Origin: Nitrospira japonica
GTDB lineage: Bacteria; Nitrospirota; Thermodesulfovibrionia; Thermodesulfovibrionales; SM23-35
Direction of reading: 5' to 3'
Length of the DNA stretch: 58,394 nucleotides
NCBI GenBank assembly: GCA_020725385.1
Contig: DYFC01000062.1
Location: 1-58,394 of the forward strand
Part shown: in pieces, positions 29,422-40,593 of the stretch
Layout: every line of letters begins with the position of its first letter
Position numbering within the stretch: position 1 is the stretch's first letter
Notes under the pieces: model-generated
Told to the model about the DNA's origin: nothing
Database searches by the model: none
The model's input: the letters and a program-made list of their open reading frames with translations, nothing else
Translations under genes and position numbers: made by a program

Positions 29422-30060
29422 ATGCTCGGAAAAAGTAATTTTGTTTTAGTACTAATCTCTGTATTATTTATTGGATTAATAATTGCAGGTTGTCAGCAGC
29501 AAAAACAGGCAGAAGCTCCAAAACCAGCAGAACCTGTTGCAGCACCTCAAACGCAAACTGTAACAGAACCAGCACCACAGGCAACAACCCAGCCACCAGC
29601 GCAAATTGGCAAAGGAAGCACAGATCCAACTTCACAGGCAGCAGTGCCTACAGAAGCAAAACTTAGTCTTCAACAGGGGATGAATTATTTAAGGTCTCAT
29701 GATTACGATAATGCTATTAAAGAATTTACAGTCGCCATCCAGAAATATCCAAGTTACGATGTAGCATATTCTAACAGAGCGGTTGCTTATATGCAGCAGA
29801 ATAAATTTAATAAAGCTCTTGATGATTTGAAAAAAGCTGAAGAGATTAATCCAAATAATCCAACAGTACATTATAATTTTGTTGCACTTTATTCATTACA
29901 AAAACAGCTTGATAGAGCACTTGATTCACTCGACAGGGCTCTTGAACTCGGGTTTAATAACTATGATGCTCTTAGAACTGATACAGATCTGAATAATGTC
30001 CGTAAACATCCTGAATTCAAAAAAATACTCGAAAAACACAAGGTATTCATTATGAAATAG
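29422..30060 (+). CDS. TPR-repeat lipoprotein
   Basis: Lipobox IAGC, Pro/Gln/Thr linker, 3-4 TPRs, C-terminal RTDTDLNNVR cap. Confidence 0.85.
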   Translation: MLGKSNFVLVLISVLFIGLIIAGCQQQKQAEAPKPAEPVAAPQTQTVTEPAPQATTQPPAQIGKGSTDPTSQAAVPTEAKLSLQQGMNYLRSHDYDNAIKEFTVAIQKYPSYDVAYSNRAVAYMQQNKFNKALDDLKKAEEINPNNPTVHYNFVALYSLQKQLDRALDSLDRALELGFNNYDALRTDTDLNNVRKHPEFKKILEKHKVFIMK

Positions 30061-30119
30061 ACTTTAACAAAATACGTTAGAAGCAAGATGCAAGGGACTG
30101 AATTCGGAGGGCCAAGACA

Positions 30120-30734
30120 ATGAAGGTCTTAATACTATTTTATTCAATGTATGGTCACATTTATAAAATGGCTGAAGCTGTTGCAAAAGGTGTTGAAGAA
30201 GTAACAAACACTGAAGCTATTTTAAGAAGAGTTCCGGAAACATTGAATGAAGAAATATTAAACAAAATGAAAGCTTCTGAAGCACAGAAAGCATTTTCGC
30301 ATATCCCGGTTTGTACACTTGATGAACTTGCCTCTGCTGATGCTGTAATATTCGGAACTCCTACAAGATTTGGGAATATGTGCGGACAGATGAGACAATT
30401 TCTTGATTCAACAGGTCAACTCTGGGCACAGGGTGCTCTTGTTGGAAAAGTTGGAAGTGTTTTTACGAGTTCAAACACACAACACGGAGGTCAGGAATCA
30501 ACTATATTAAGTTTCTTTAACACATTATTACATCACGGGATGATTATAGTAGGATTACCTTATACTTTTCTGGGGCAGATGAGGATTGATGAAATTACAG
30601 GTTGTTCTCCTTATGGAGCTTCAACTATCGCAGGGCCAAAGGGTGAAAGAATGCCAAGTGAAAATGAACTTGAAGCAGCACGTTTTCAGGGCAGGCATGT
30701 TGCCAAAATAGCTTCAAAGTTGGCTGGTACTTAA
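30120..30734 (+). CDS. wrbA: NAD(P)H:quinone oxidoreductase WrbA
   Basis: [30 protein letters not shown]. Confidence 0.95.
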   Translation: MKVLILFYSMYGHIYKMAEAVAKGVEEVTNTEAILRRVPETLNEEILNKMKASEAQKAFSHIPVCTLDELASADAVIFGTPTRFGNMCGQMRQFLDSTGQLWAQGALVGKVGSVFTSSNTQHGGQESTILSFFNTLLHHGMIIVGLPYTFLGQMRIDEITGCSPYGASTIAGPKGERMPSENELEAARFQGRHVAKIASKLAGT

Positions 30735-30837
30735 AAACTGATATTTAAAACAGGTTATTTGACACTTGATAGTTTAAAAAACGATAACTTTAAACTGATA
30801 TTACAAAATCAGGCATTGCGAGCAAGTTCATTTTCTA

Positions 30838-31992
30838 TCACAATCCTTTAAAAATATTCTTTGGCATTAGATGATTAATCAGGTAATAAATTATATCTTT
30901 ATGCCAGTCAAAACCTGCATTTTTAATAATTGGCATAATACCATCTCTTTTTGCGAGATCAAGAAGTTTATCAATTTGTTTATCCGAAAATTTTGAAAAA
31001 ATGTTCCTGAGTACAAGCCCGGCTTTTAACTCTGTTGATAAGATTTCTTTCCATTTGTGTTCATAAATTTTCAGATACTCTTCAGTGAAATTGTTATTTT
31101 TGAAAGAATTAATAACAGTCTGTGCGGCAATTTCTGCACATAAAAGACCAAAATATATTCCTCCGCCTGTTGTTGCTTTTACCTGGCCTGCTGCTTCACC
31201 AACAATCAGTGTTCTTTCATAATAAGTCTTTTGAATAGGCTTTATTGGAACCGGACTGCATTTCATTACACCATCCCATGATTTAACTCTCTTTGAAATT
31301 AAATCCGAATTCATAAAATTTTTTAAACAATCTACAGGTTTACTTTTTACAAGCATTCCTATTTTCGCATAACCTTTAACCGAAGGTATTACCCACGAAA
31401 ATGAACCGGGAGCTATATTTTTGCCAAAAAAAACTTCTACATTATCGCTCTCTTCAAAATCAGCTTCTGTCTGGACTCCAAAAAGAAAATCTACAATTTT
31501 TTTTGAGTTATGAAAAAGGTTATTAAATTCAAATCCAGTCGCGATTATTCCTGCTTTAGCTTTGAATTCTTCTTCATGATTTTTTGATACGATTTTTATC
31601 CTGAAAGAATTCCGGGTGTTCTCAATATATTTGACTTTACAGCCTAAATATGCAATAACCCCTGAATTAAGAGCTTTTTTATTAATTTCTTTATCAAAAT
31701 ACGTACGGTCAACAATATATGCAAGAGGATATTCAGAGTTATACTGAATATAATTTCCCGAAGGCGAATATGCTTTGATTTTATTGATAGGTCTTATAAT
31801 AGATTTTTCGGGAAGATTAAACCTGTCATAACATTCCTTACTTATTATTCCACTACAATTTACGTTTTCTCCTATTGTATCATTCTTTTCAAATAAACCT
31901 ACATTAATACCTTTTCTTGCCAGCAAAAATGCAGTATAACTACCAACAGGACCGGCACCTATGACTATAACATCATGTTTGTAATGCTCCAA
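30838..31992 (-). CDS. Geranylgeranyl reductase-family FAD oxidoreductase
   Basis: VIGAGPVG, CSGIIS, FSWVIP, VGEAAGQVKATTGGGI. Confidence 0.85.
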   Translation of the reverse strand: MEHYKHDVIVIGAGPVGSYTAFLLARKGINVGLFEKNDTIGENVNCSGIISKECYDRFNLPEKSIIRPINKIKAYSPSGNYIQYNSEYPLAYIVDRTYFDKEINKKALNSGVIAYLGCKVKYIENTRNSFRIKIVSKNHEEEFKAKAGIIATGFEFNNLFHNSKKIVDFLFGVQTEADFEESDNVEVFFGKNIAPGSFSWVIPSVKGYAKIGMLVKSKPVDCLKNFMNSDLISKRVKSWDGVMKCSPVPIKPIQKTYYERTLIVGEAAGQVKATTGGGIYFGLLCAEIAAQTVINSFKNNNFTEEYLKIYEHKWKEILSTELKAGLVLRNIFSKFSDKQIDKLLDLAKRDGIMPIIKNAGFDWHKDIIYYLINHLMPKNIFKGL

Positions 31993-32076
31993 AAACTACC
32001 CCCGTAGATTCAAACTTTTGATTAATTTTTGCAGATTTACCAAATTTTTTCAAGGATTTTCAATGTAAATTTTGAA

Positions 32077-32616
32077 TTAATATTTTTTCAACTCATTTTC
32101 AAAACATCTTGCTGTTTGTTCATCAAATAAACAAAACTCTATTATTTCAAGACTTGTATCAGGACTATTCCTTAAAAATTCGACAGCCTGATTCACAAGA
32201 ATAATGGCACAACGATCTTTTGGAAAGCCAAATATACCGGAACTTATTGCTGGTATCGAAATACTTTTTAGGGCTTTTCCGGAAGCCAGTTTCAGGCTAT
32301 TCCATACAGCGTTTTTTAATTTATTATCTTCATCACCTTCACCCATTCTTGGTCCAACAGCATGAATAACAAATTTTGCAAGAAGTTTTCCTGCTGAAGT
32401 AATAGCAGCTCTACCAACCGAAACAAACCCTATCCTGTTACTCTCTTCCTGTATCACCTGTCCGCCTTTTCTTACTATAGCACCGGCGACTCCGCCACCA
32501 TGTTGCAGATGAGAATTTGCTGCATTAACAATTGCATCAACTTTACTTTCTGTTATATCACCCTGAACAATGCGTATAGTCTTGCCATTGATTACTTTCT
32601 CTAAAATTGTTCTCAT
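32077..32616 (-). CDS. Macro domain protein (YmdB/MacroD-like)
   Basis: GDIT..DAIVNAAN..L.HGGGVAGAI, VIHAVGP, PAISSGIFGFP. Confidence 0.92.
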   Translation of the reverse strand: MRTILEKVINGKTIRIVQGDITESKVDAIVNAANSHLQHGGGVAGAIVRKGGQVIQEESNRIGFVSVGRAAITSAGKLLAKFVIHAVGPRMGEGDEDNKLKNAVWNSLKLASGKALKSISIPAISSGIFGFPKDRCAIILVNQAVEFLRNSPDTSLEIIEFCLFDEQTARCFENELKKY

Positions 32617-32889
32617 TCCTCCTCCTTTGTATACATATAGAGTTATGGTAAGATTTTAACATAGCCTAAAATGTTTGAATACAAATTTCAAAAGATTCAA
32701 GGCAAAATCTGGCATAAATATTGATTAACATCATTATATATTCAAAACTATATCAATATGGAAAAATAACTTATTTGCAGTTTTTACATTCCTTTTTTAT
32801 TACATTTTTGCTATATTATTTGACAGCTAATTTTATTTTGAATAAAGGGTAATTCTAATAATAACCATTTTTTAAAAAAGGAGAACTCT

Positions 32890-33540
32890 ATGAGAAAAAA
32901 TTTACTTACTGTTAGGAGTGTTTTTAATGTATTCGTGATTTTTGGAACCATTATATCATTAACTTTTCTATACAGTTGTAAAACTGTTACTCCTGAGATA
33001 AAAGAGCCTGCCAAAGCACAGGAAAGAGAATCTGTTAAACCTGCTAAAGCCCGGATAGAGGCTAAAACACCTGCTGTTACTGTTCAAAAAGAAATTCCGG
33101 GGTTTAGTTTGAAAGATCTTGAAGAAGCTGAATATAATTACCTTTCAGCATATAAAGGTTCCGTAAAACTTACACGCGGGTTATTCAGGAAAAAGAATGA
33201 ACCTAAATCTACAACCGAAACTATGGTTGCATTAACAAATCATTTTGCGTTCGGAAAAGTATCGGGAAAAGAAGGAGCTGCCGCTATACTTGTTACAACA
33301 ACGGGAACCGCAAGTTTTTATTATGATCTTGCTTTTGTTGTTAAAGAAAAAGGTAAAACAAAAAATATCTCAACAGTTCCTTTAGGAGACAGGGTTAAAA
33401 TTAAATCTCTTTCAATAAAAGATAACATTATTAATATTGATATGATACGTCATAAAAAGAAAGACCCTGCATGTTGTCCGACCGAGGATGCTACTTTAAA
33501 ATTTGCATTACAAAATAATAAATTAGTTGCAGTTAAATAA
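32890..33540 (+). CDS. Hypothetical lipoprotein
   Basis: Lipobox LYSC; C-terminal LGDRV...DPACCPT. Confidence 0.7.
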   Translation: MRKNLLTVRSVFNVFVIFGTIISLTFLYSCKTVTPEIKEPAKAQERESVKPAKARIEAKTPAVTVQKEIPGFSLKDLEEAEYNYLSAYKGSVKLTRGLFRKKNEPKSTTETMVALTNHFAFGKVSGKEGAAAILVTTTGTASFYYDLAFVVKEKGKTKNISTVPLGDRVKIKSLSIKDNIINIDMIRHKKKDPACCPTEDATLKFALQNNKLVAVK

Positions 33541-33613
33541 TCTAATAAAGCAGGTAAAATTAAAACAGACTTAATGTTTTGAGCATAATATTAATCTGAA
33601 TGAAGGGATTAAA

Positions 33614-34306
33614 ATGAAATATAAGATACTCAAAAAACTTTGTTTAGCATCTTTAATTTTTTCTTTTGTTTTTATAATCGGGTGCGCAGGATATGTTTAT
33701 TCTCCTCAAAAAGGAGTTGGCTATCATCCTGTTGAACTTATTAATGCCGATAAATCCATCGCTGACGCACAAAAAGCTGGCAGAGACAAACAATGTCCAA
33801 AAGAATTTGCTGAAGCAAAAGGCTTAAGAGACAAAGCATGGGAAGTTTACTGGTCATGCAGAACAAAGGATTCCATTGCAATTGCAAAGGATGCGGTAAT
33901 TAAGACAGGTGCTTTATGCCCGCCGCCTCCTCCGCCTCCACCCGCTCCTGCACCAAAGATAATTGATAAAATGACCCTCTTACTCCATTTTGATTTTGAT
34001 AAGGCTATTATTAAAGAGACTGATATCCCCCTGTTAAAGAAAGCTATCGATTTTATTAAGAAATATCCTCAATCAAAAGTCAGCCTCGAAGGTCATACAG
34101 ACAGTATAGGAACCGAGCTATATAATCAGAAACTTTCTGAAAAAAGAGCAGATGCTGTTCGAAAATATCTTCTGAAAGAAGGGGCATGCACTGAATCAAA
34201 AATAAGTTCAACCGGATATGGCGAACTTAAACCCGTAGATACTAATAAAACTAAAGAAGGAAGGGCAAAAAATAGAAGAGTTGAAGTCCTGATATTATCT
34301 GAATAA
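33614..34306 (+). CDS. OmpA/Pal-family peptidoglycan-binding lipoprotein
   Basis: Lipobox IIGC, poly-Pro linker, FDFDK, EGHTD, YNQKLS.KRA, NRRVE. Confidence 0.9.
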   Translation: MKYKILKKLCLASLIFSFVFIIGCAGYVYSPQKGVGYHPVELINADKSIADAQKAGRDKQCPKEFAEAKGLRDKAWEVYWSCRTKDSIAIAKDAVIKTGALCPPPPPPPPAPAPKIIDKMTLLLHFDFDKAIIKETDIPLLKKAIDFIKKYPQSKVSLEGHTDSIGTELYNQKLSEKRADAVRKYLLKEGACTESKISSTGYGELKPVDTNKTKEGRAKNRRVEVLILSE

Positions 34307-34496
34307 ATTATTTAACAGTTAGTCATTTTGTTATTTTCTGGCCCTCTGTTAAAGCCAGAAAGTTGAAATATTAGATTCCCCGGGCAAGAGGAGATAGAGT
34401 GGATACTCAAATTAAGCTTGCCTTCTTGTTCGTTCGGCGGGCTGGTGAATAACAACCTCCCTAACTCCTTTGACAAAGGAGGAATTTGTGATAGTT

Positions 34497-34537
34497 AACC
34501 CCTTGTTTCCCCCTTAGACAGGGGGAAACAAGGGGTT
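34497..34537. repeat. Perfect 18-bp inverted repeat (REP-like hairpin)
   Basis: AACCCCTTGTTTCCCCCT-TAGAC-AGGGGGAAACAAGGGGTT. Confidence 0.8.
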
Positions 34538-34647
34538 GTAGAAACGAAAAATAAACTTTCTCGCGATACCTGTATTATTCAATATACTACCCTATATTCT
34601 TTAAACAGACAGTATAATATAATATTGCATGACAGGTTATATTAAAC

Positions 34648-37600
34648 ATGGATTCTAAAATACAGTTTCCGCACTTTGTAATTTTAAAGGCTTCTGCAGG
34701 TTCTGGCAAAACTTATAATCTTACGAAAAGATTTGTTCAATTCATATTATCGGACAACATACCGAATAACAATTTAAAAAACATTCTTGCCATAACTTTT
34801 TCGAACAATGCTGCAAAAGAAATGAAAGAACGTATCACAGTATGGCTTAAAGAATTATATTTCCAAAAACCAGATGCTATCAATCAATTTAACCAGGTTA
34901 TATCTATTGAAAAAAATAAATTAAGCCAAAAAGCCGGCCATATGTTAGAAACAATTCTTGGTAACTACTCCGATTTTCAGGTTAAGACTATAGATAGTTT
35001 TATGACTACTATCTTTAAGGCATCAGCAATTGATTTTGGTTATAATCCTGAATTTGATATCCTTATAGACATAAAAAAAAGCATTAAATATTCATTTAAC
35101 AGATTCCTAAGAAATGTCAAGAAGGACACACCTGAAACAAAACTTTTTTTAGATACAATCAATATTATTCTTGACCAAAAAACTGAAGAATCTGCTTATC
35201 CATGGGATCCAACAGTTCCATTGCTTGATATGACAATTAAGCTTTATAGAAAGCTCTCCTCATTAGGTAAAGAACTTATCATAGATGATTTTTCAGAACA
35301 TCTTAATTCTACTAAAAAAAATTTATTGTCATGTGTAAATAGTATTGAAAATCTTCTGAAAAACTCCAGGCTTGAAACTAACAGCAACTCTGTTTTCCCG
35401 GAACTTCTTAATATTTTAAAAGATAACCGTCTTCAGAATATAATCGGTAAAGGTATTAAATATCCACCTGTTAAGAAACCTGGCGGAAAAGCCGATCTAC
35501 TTAAAGAATATAACGAAATATATAACATCTGGTCTGAAGTAATAAAATATATTAAACAATACATTACGTTATATGTTTATTCTTATTATTTCCCTTTTCT
35601 GGCAATTTATAAAGAATTTCTTAAAACTCTTGAAATAATTAAAAAACAGCAAGGAATACTATTCATCGATGATATTAATAAATATCTTGCTGAATACTTA
35701 AATCAGGATATAATTCCTGATGTATATTTCAGGCTTGGTGATACTATTTTCCATTATCTCATAGATGAGTTTCAGGATACATCACCAATTCAATGGAATA
35801 ATTTAAGACCCTTACTTGAAAATTCCCTATCCCAGAACGGTAGCCTTTTTATCGTTGGAGACACAAAACAGGCTATCTATGGCTTCCGTAATGCAGACTA
35901 TAGAATTATGAAGGAAGCTGAAAATAAAAATCCTTTTCCTTCAGCAGAACACTATGTGATAGAACTTGATACAAATTTTCGGAGTTTAAAAAGAATTCTT
36001 GAATTTAACGAGGAAGTATTTAAAAATATCCTTCCCGGTTCAGAGGATTACAGAATAGCAGGACAGAAAAGCGGTCTTGTTGATTATATTCAGAAACCTG
36101 ATAAAAATAGGAAATCAGAAGGATATGTTGAAGTTATCCTTTTTGAAAAAAACGAAGAAAATCCACCGGAAAAATTCAAAATTCAAGATTTAATAGAAGA
36201 TATAACTAAAAGGGAATTTAGATATAAAGACATAGCCATACTCACAATGAGAAACGAGGATGCTATTAGAATTACATCATGGTTAAATGAGAAAAATATC
36301 CCTTTCATTTCCCATAGCAGTCTTGATATTAGAAGAAGAAAAGTTACCGGAGAGATAATCTCTCTTCTCAATTTTCTTGATTCTCCTACAGATAATTTAT
36401 CTTTTTCATCATTTTTGCTCGGAGATATTTTTAACGCCATTCTTCAAAAGGACTCTTATAATATATCAAAAAAAGATTTAATCTCATTTATTTTCAATAA
36501 TTCAGAAAATTCTGTTCTTTATAAAGCTTTTCAGAAAAAGTATGAAGAACTCTGGAAAAATTATTTTATGGAACTTTTTAAATATACCGGCTACCTCCCT
36601 CTTTATGACCTTGTTTCAGAGATTTTCGGCAGATTCAGGGTCTTTGAAATAATGGAAAATGAAGAAGCTACATTCATCAAGATACTTGAAACCATAAGGG
36701 ATATGGAAAGCGAAGGTCAGAATAGTATTAAAGATTTCTTTGAATTTGCGAGTGATACAGAAGATGCTGAATCAAAATGGGATATGAATATTCCGGTTGA
36801 TATAGATGCTGTTAATGTTATGACCATACATAAATCTAAAGGTCTGGGCTTTCCGGTTTCTATTGTGCTTTTATATGAAATTAGAAACAGAGGTTTTGAA
36901 TTTATTACGGTTGAAGATGAAAAAAACATCAGACTTATCAAACTGAATAAAAATATTCTAAAAACCGATCCAGACTTCCAGAACCTATATGAAAATGAAT
37001 CTATTAATGAATTAGTTAATAAGCTGAATAGTCTCTATGTAGGTTTTACAAGGGCAAAGGAAGAGCTTTATGTAATAGGGGTCTATCAAAATTCAAAAAA
37101 CAAGTTTCCAATAAACTTATTGCCTGTTGAAAAATATAAAAGTATGGAAAAACCTGCGAGAGATATAGTAAAAGACTCGACCTATCATAGATTGGTTGAT
37201 ATTCAACATTACTACAATCCATATTTTTACCAAACACGTTTTGATGACCTGATGAATATGGCTGAAAAAAGAAGGGGTGATTTTATTCATAAAGTTTTTT
37301 CCCGTATTGAATATATATGTGATGGATTCGATGATGAAATAGATAAGATAATAGAAATTGTTATTAAAGAAACAGGGGATAATGTCCGGCAGGGGCAAAT
37401 CAAGAAAGTTATCCTGAATTTTCTTAGAAGTAATAACATAATCGATTTCTTTAAACATAAAAATAAAAGAATCATATTGAGAGAGCAAGAATTTTCTGAT
37501 AATGAAGGCAGACTTTTCAGAATGGATAGAGTGGTTATTGATAGTGACAAAATAACTGTAATCGATTTCAAAACAGGAAACGACAAAGAAGTAGAAAAAT

Positions 37601-37725
37601 ATTCACTACAGTTAAGAAACTACATGAGAATTTTGAAAGAAATATATCCTGATAAAAAAATACAAGGAATTATTGGATATGTTGATTTAAGGGAGATAGT
37701 TGCTTTTGAATACAATAATAATTAA
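34648..37725 (+). CDS. addA: UvrD-type helicase/nuclease (AddA/RecB-like)
   Basis: ASAGSGKT, DEFQDTS, VGDTKQAIYGFR, TIHKSKGL, YVGFTRA, C-terminal RMDR...IDFKTG. Confidence 0.8.
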   Translation: MDSKIQFPHFVILKASAGSGKTYNLTKRFVQFILSDNIPNNNLKNILAITFSNNAAKEMKERITVWLKELYFQKPDAINQFNQVISIEKNKLSQKAGHMLETILGNYSDFQVKTIDSFMTTIFKASAIDFGYNPEFDILIDIKKSIKYSFNRFLRNVKKDTPETKLFLDTINIILDQKTEESAYPWDPTVPLLDMTIKLYRKLSSLGKELIIDDFSEHLNSTKKNLLSCVNSIENLLKNSRLETNSNSVFPELLNILKDNRLQNIIGKGIKYPPVKKPGGKADLLKEYNEIYNIWSEVIKYIKQYITLYVYSYYFPFLAIYKEFLKTLEIIKKQQGILFIDDINKYLAEYLNQDIIPDVYFRLGDTIFHYLIDEFQDTSPIQWNNLRPLLENSLSQNGSLFIVGDTKQAIYGFRNADYRIMKEAENKNPFPSAEHYVIELDTNFRSLKRILEFNEEVFKNILPGSEDYRIAGQKSGLVDYIQKPDKNRKSEGYVEVILFEKNEENPPEKFKIQDLIEDITKREFRYKDIAILTMRNEDAIRITSWLNEKNIPFISHSSLDIRRRKVTGEIISLLNFLDSPTDNLSFSSFLLGDIFNAILQKDSYNISKKDLISFIFNNSENSVLYKAFQKKYEELWKNYFMELFKYTGYLPLYDLVSEIFGRFRVFEIMENEEATFIKILETIRDMESEGQNSIKDFFEFASDTEDAESKWDMNIPVDIDAVNVMTIHKSKGLGFPVSIVLLYEIRNRGFEFITVEDEKNIRLIKLNKNILKTDPDFQNLYENESINELVNKLNSLYVGFTRAKEELYVIGVYQNSKNKFPINLLPVEKYKSMEKPARDIVKDSTYHRLVDIQHYYNPYFYQTRFDDLMNMAEKRRGDFIHKVFSRIEYICDGFDDEIDKIIEIVIKETGDNVRQGQIKKVILNFLRSNNIIDFFKHKNKRIILREQEFSDNEGRLFRMDRVVIDSDKITVIDFKTGNDKEVEKYSLQLRNYMRILKEIYPDKKIQGIIGYVDLREIVAFEYNNN

Positions 37726-40537
37726 CTCACAGAAAAATTTAATTAATGAGATTTTTCTTCTTCTTAAAAATGAGGGGATGGATTATTCCCGCAATTTGCT
37801 GGTATTCCCCGGAAAGAGACCTTCCCACTTCCTTCTTAAGTCAATTGCTGATAATGTTAAATGCAGTTTTATTCCTCCTAAGATTTTCTCTATGGATGAA
37901 TTCATTGACTATCTATACCAGAAAATAAGAATAGACACTAAAATAACAACTATTGATGCTGTTGCCATACTCTATGATATTCATAAAAAAACTCCAAATC
38001 CTATGGGTGGTCATCATTTTCAGAGTCCAGACAGCTTTTTCCCCCTGGGGCTTAAATTATATAGAGATTTAGAAGAATTGTATATTGAGAATATAAAAAC
38101 ATCAAATATTAAATTGATTGATTTAACAGAAAGTTTTACAATTCCTGAAAAGACTCTTGAAAGAATGCAGTCATTGTCTTTTTTCTATGATAATTTTTAT
38201 AAATCAATTTTTGAGCAGAATCTTTCCACAAGGTCTTCCAGATATAGGGAAGTTTCCGAAAATACAGATAATATTGATTTAAGCGAATACAATAGAATTA
38301 TTTTTTCAGGCTTCTTTGCTCTAACCAATTCTGAAAAAAATCTTTTTAAAAATATTTCCAAAAATGAAAAAACTGTTTTCGTTTTTCAGGAAGGTACAGG
38401 GCTAAAAGAAAAACTCCTTGAGTTAGGAATTAAAATAGATAATATGAATTACAGGCATTACGATATAAACTTTAATCTTTACAGCAGCCCTGACTCTCAT
38501 GGTCAGGTTTACTGTCTTGGAAAAATAATAAAGGAAAGTTTTAATAATAATTCCATTGAAAATTCACCTATTGCGATTGTTCTTCCTTCTTCAGAGATTT
38601 TGTTTCCTTTGATAAGGCAGGGATTATCCTTTCTAAATGAAGAAAATTACAACATTTCATTGGGCTACCCGTTGGAAAGAACTCCTATTTTTGGTTTTCT
38701 GAATAATCTTATGGAATTAATAAATTCAATGGATGAAAACCGTGTTTATGTGCCTGATTATCTCAAATTTATTCTACATCCTTATACAAAAAATATTTAT
38801 TTTAATGGAAGCCCTGAAATTACAAGAATTATATTCCACACAATTGAGGAAAGCCTCCTCGAAGAAAGCAATATTAGTTTTATTGAATTAAGAGAACTTG
38901 AAGAAAACAATAATCTTTTGGAAGAGATTTATAAAAGGATACCTTATGATGCGGATAACATTACAATTGAACACATAAAAGAACATTTAAAAAATATTCA
39001 CCAGAATACCATAAATAATTTTATTTCATTCAAGAATATAAATGATTTTGCAAAAAAATGTTCTGATATTTTAATTTACATTTTCAATAAAAGTACCGCA
39101 AAAATGCATCCACTTTTTTATCCTTTTTCAGAATCCTTTTTGAGAGAACTTGATATAATAGGAAAATCAAGGCTCGGTGATTTCAGCTTCAATGAAACTT
39201 CAAGCTATTTTATTTTTTTCAAGAAATACATAATGACTGCTTACAATCCCTTCGAAGGCACACCATTAAAAGATATACAGATTCTTGGATTTCTTGAAAC
39301 AAGAAATATAAAATTTAAAAAAGTATATATACTCGATGCAAATGAAGAGATAATCCCTGACACAAGGAAAGATGATACTCTTATTCCTTTTAAGACCAGA
39401 CGCTTACTCGGGTTACCAACATATCTTGATAGAGATAAACTCACAGAATATTATTTTGATGTTTTAATTAAGAGCTCGGATGAAGTTCATATCTTCTTTG
39501 TCGAAAATGATAAAAAAGAAAGATCGAGATTTATTGAGAAATTGATTTGGGAAAAGCAGAAACAGGATAAAAATGTTGAAACCAGGGATTACATCCAAAA
39601 AGTTCAATATAGGGTAAATCTTGATAATCCTCTTCCAGAAAAAATAGATAAAACATCCGGTATTATATCATTCCTAAAAAACATGCATTTTCATGCAACT
39701 GCTCTTGATACTTATCTAAAATGTCAGCTCAAGTTTTATTATTCATATGTTTTAAGGCTTAAAAGGAAAGAAGAAATCTCCGGAGATATTGAAAGCACTG
39801 ACATTGGCCAATTTGTCCATTCTATTCTTAGAGAATACTTCAGCAGGAAAAAAAGAAAAATTCTAAAACCGAAAGACCTAAGGGAAAACGAGATAATTCA
39901 AATTACCGATAAATTTTTTGAAGAAAAATTTGGTGCAAACCAGAAGGGTTCTTTATATCTCATTAAATACCAGATAAAAAATCATCTAAAAGACTTAATA
40001 AATAATTACTATAAGTATTTGGTTTCTGAAGAGGAATTAATAATTCTTGATACAGAGAAAGACTTAATTATTTCCGAAGGTTCATTTATTTTAAGAGGCA
40101 GGATAGACAGTATAGAAAAAAGAGGAGCTAAGGTTTATATAATTGATTACAAAACCGGAGCATCATCAAATTATCTGAAAATAAATTTTAAAAAACTTAA
40201 TCCTGAAGATAGAAACACATGGGATAAAGCAATTGGAAGCATCCAACTTCCTTTTTATATTCTTCTATATTCAAAACATGAAAAATTAAATCCCCTTGAC
40301 ATAAACGCTATGTTTTTACTTCTTGGAAAATCCTGGATTAATAAAAATATCGAGGATCCACTTTTTCAAGATTCTACGGAAAATGACTGGTACAATATAC
40401 TTGAAGATATTATTTTAAAACTGCTTAATGAAATAATAGACCCCTCTATCCCTTTTAATTCTGCCTCGGATAAAAAATCAGCCTGCCCTGAATGTGATTT
40501 CAAATATATCTGTGGAACCCAATGGATAGTAAGATAA
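37700..40537 (+). CDS. addB: AddB-like PD-(D/E)XK nuclease with Fe-S cysteines
   Basis: GFLETR, YLKC, GRIDSIE...IIDYKTG, terminal CPECDFKYIC; paired with addA. Confidence 0.75.
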   Translation: MLLNTIIINSQKNLINEIFLLLKNEGMDYSRNLLVFPGKRPSHFLLKSIADNVKCSFIPPKIFSMDEFIDYLYQKIRIDTKITTIDAVAILYDIHKKTPNPMGGHHFQSPDSFFPLGLKLYRDLEELYIENIKTSNIKLIDLTESFTIPEKTLERMQSLSFFYDNFYKSIFEQNLSTRSSRYREVSENTDNIDLSEYNRIIFSGFFALTNSEKNLFKNISKNEKTVFVFQEGTGLKEKLLELGIKIDNMNYRHYDINFNLYSSPDSHGQVYCLGKIIKESFNNNSIENSPIAIVLPSSEILFPLIRQGLSFLNEENYNISLGYPLERTPIFGFLNNLMELINSMDENRVYVPDYLKFILHPYTKNIYFNGSPEITRIIFHTIEESLLEESNISFIELRELEENNNLLEEIYKRIPYDADNITIEHIKEHLKNIHQNTINNFISFKNINDFAKKCSDILIYIFNKSTAKMHPLFYPFSESFLRELDIIGKSRLGDFSFNETSSYFIFFKKYIMTAYNPFEGTPLKDIQILGFLETRNIKFKKVYILDANEEIIPDTRKDDTLIPFKTRRLLGLPTYLDRDKLTEYYFDVLIKSSDEVHIFFVENDKKERSRFIEKLIWEKQKQDKNVETRDYIQKVQYRVNLDNPLPEKIDKTSGIISFLKNMHFHATALDTYLKCQLKFYYSYVLRLKRKEEISGDIESTDIGQFVHSILREYFSRKKRKILKPKDLRENEIIQITDKFFEEKFGANQKGSLYLIKYQIKNHLKDLINNYYKYLVSEEELIILDTEKDLIISEGSFILRGRIDSIEKRGAKVYIIDYKTGASSNYLKINFKKLNPEDRNTWDKAIGSIQLPFYILLYSKHEKLNPLDINAMFLLLGKSWINKNIEDPLFQDSTENDWYNILEDIILKLLNEIIDPSIPFNSASDKKSACPECDFKYICGTQWIVR

Positions 40538-40593
40538 TGTTCCTCAATAATATCTAACCTTATTTTCAAAAGACAAAAATTACCCTGCAAATA

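Noticed and set aside
33917-33955. CCG/CCT-rich repeat
   Set aside because: It encodes the ordinary poly-proline linker of the OmpA-family lipoprotein.
34648-40537. Novel helicase-nuclease defence system or Cas4
   Set aside because: Order, sizes and motifs fit housekeeping AddAB-type recombination genes.
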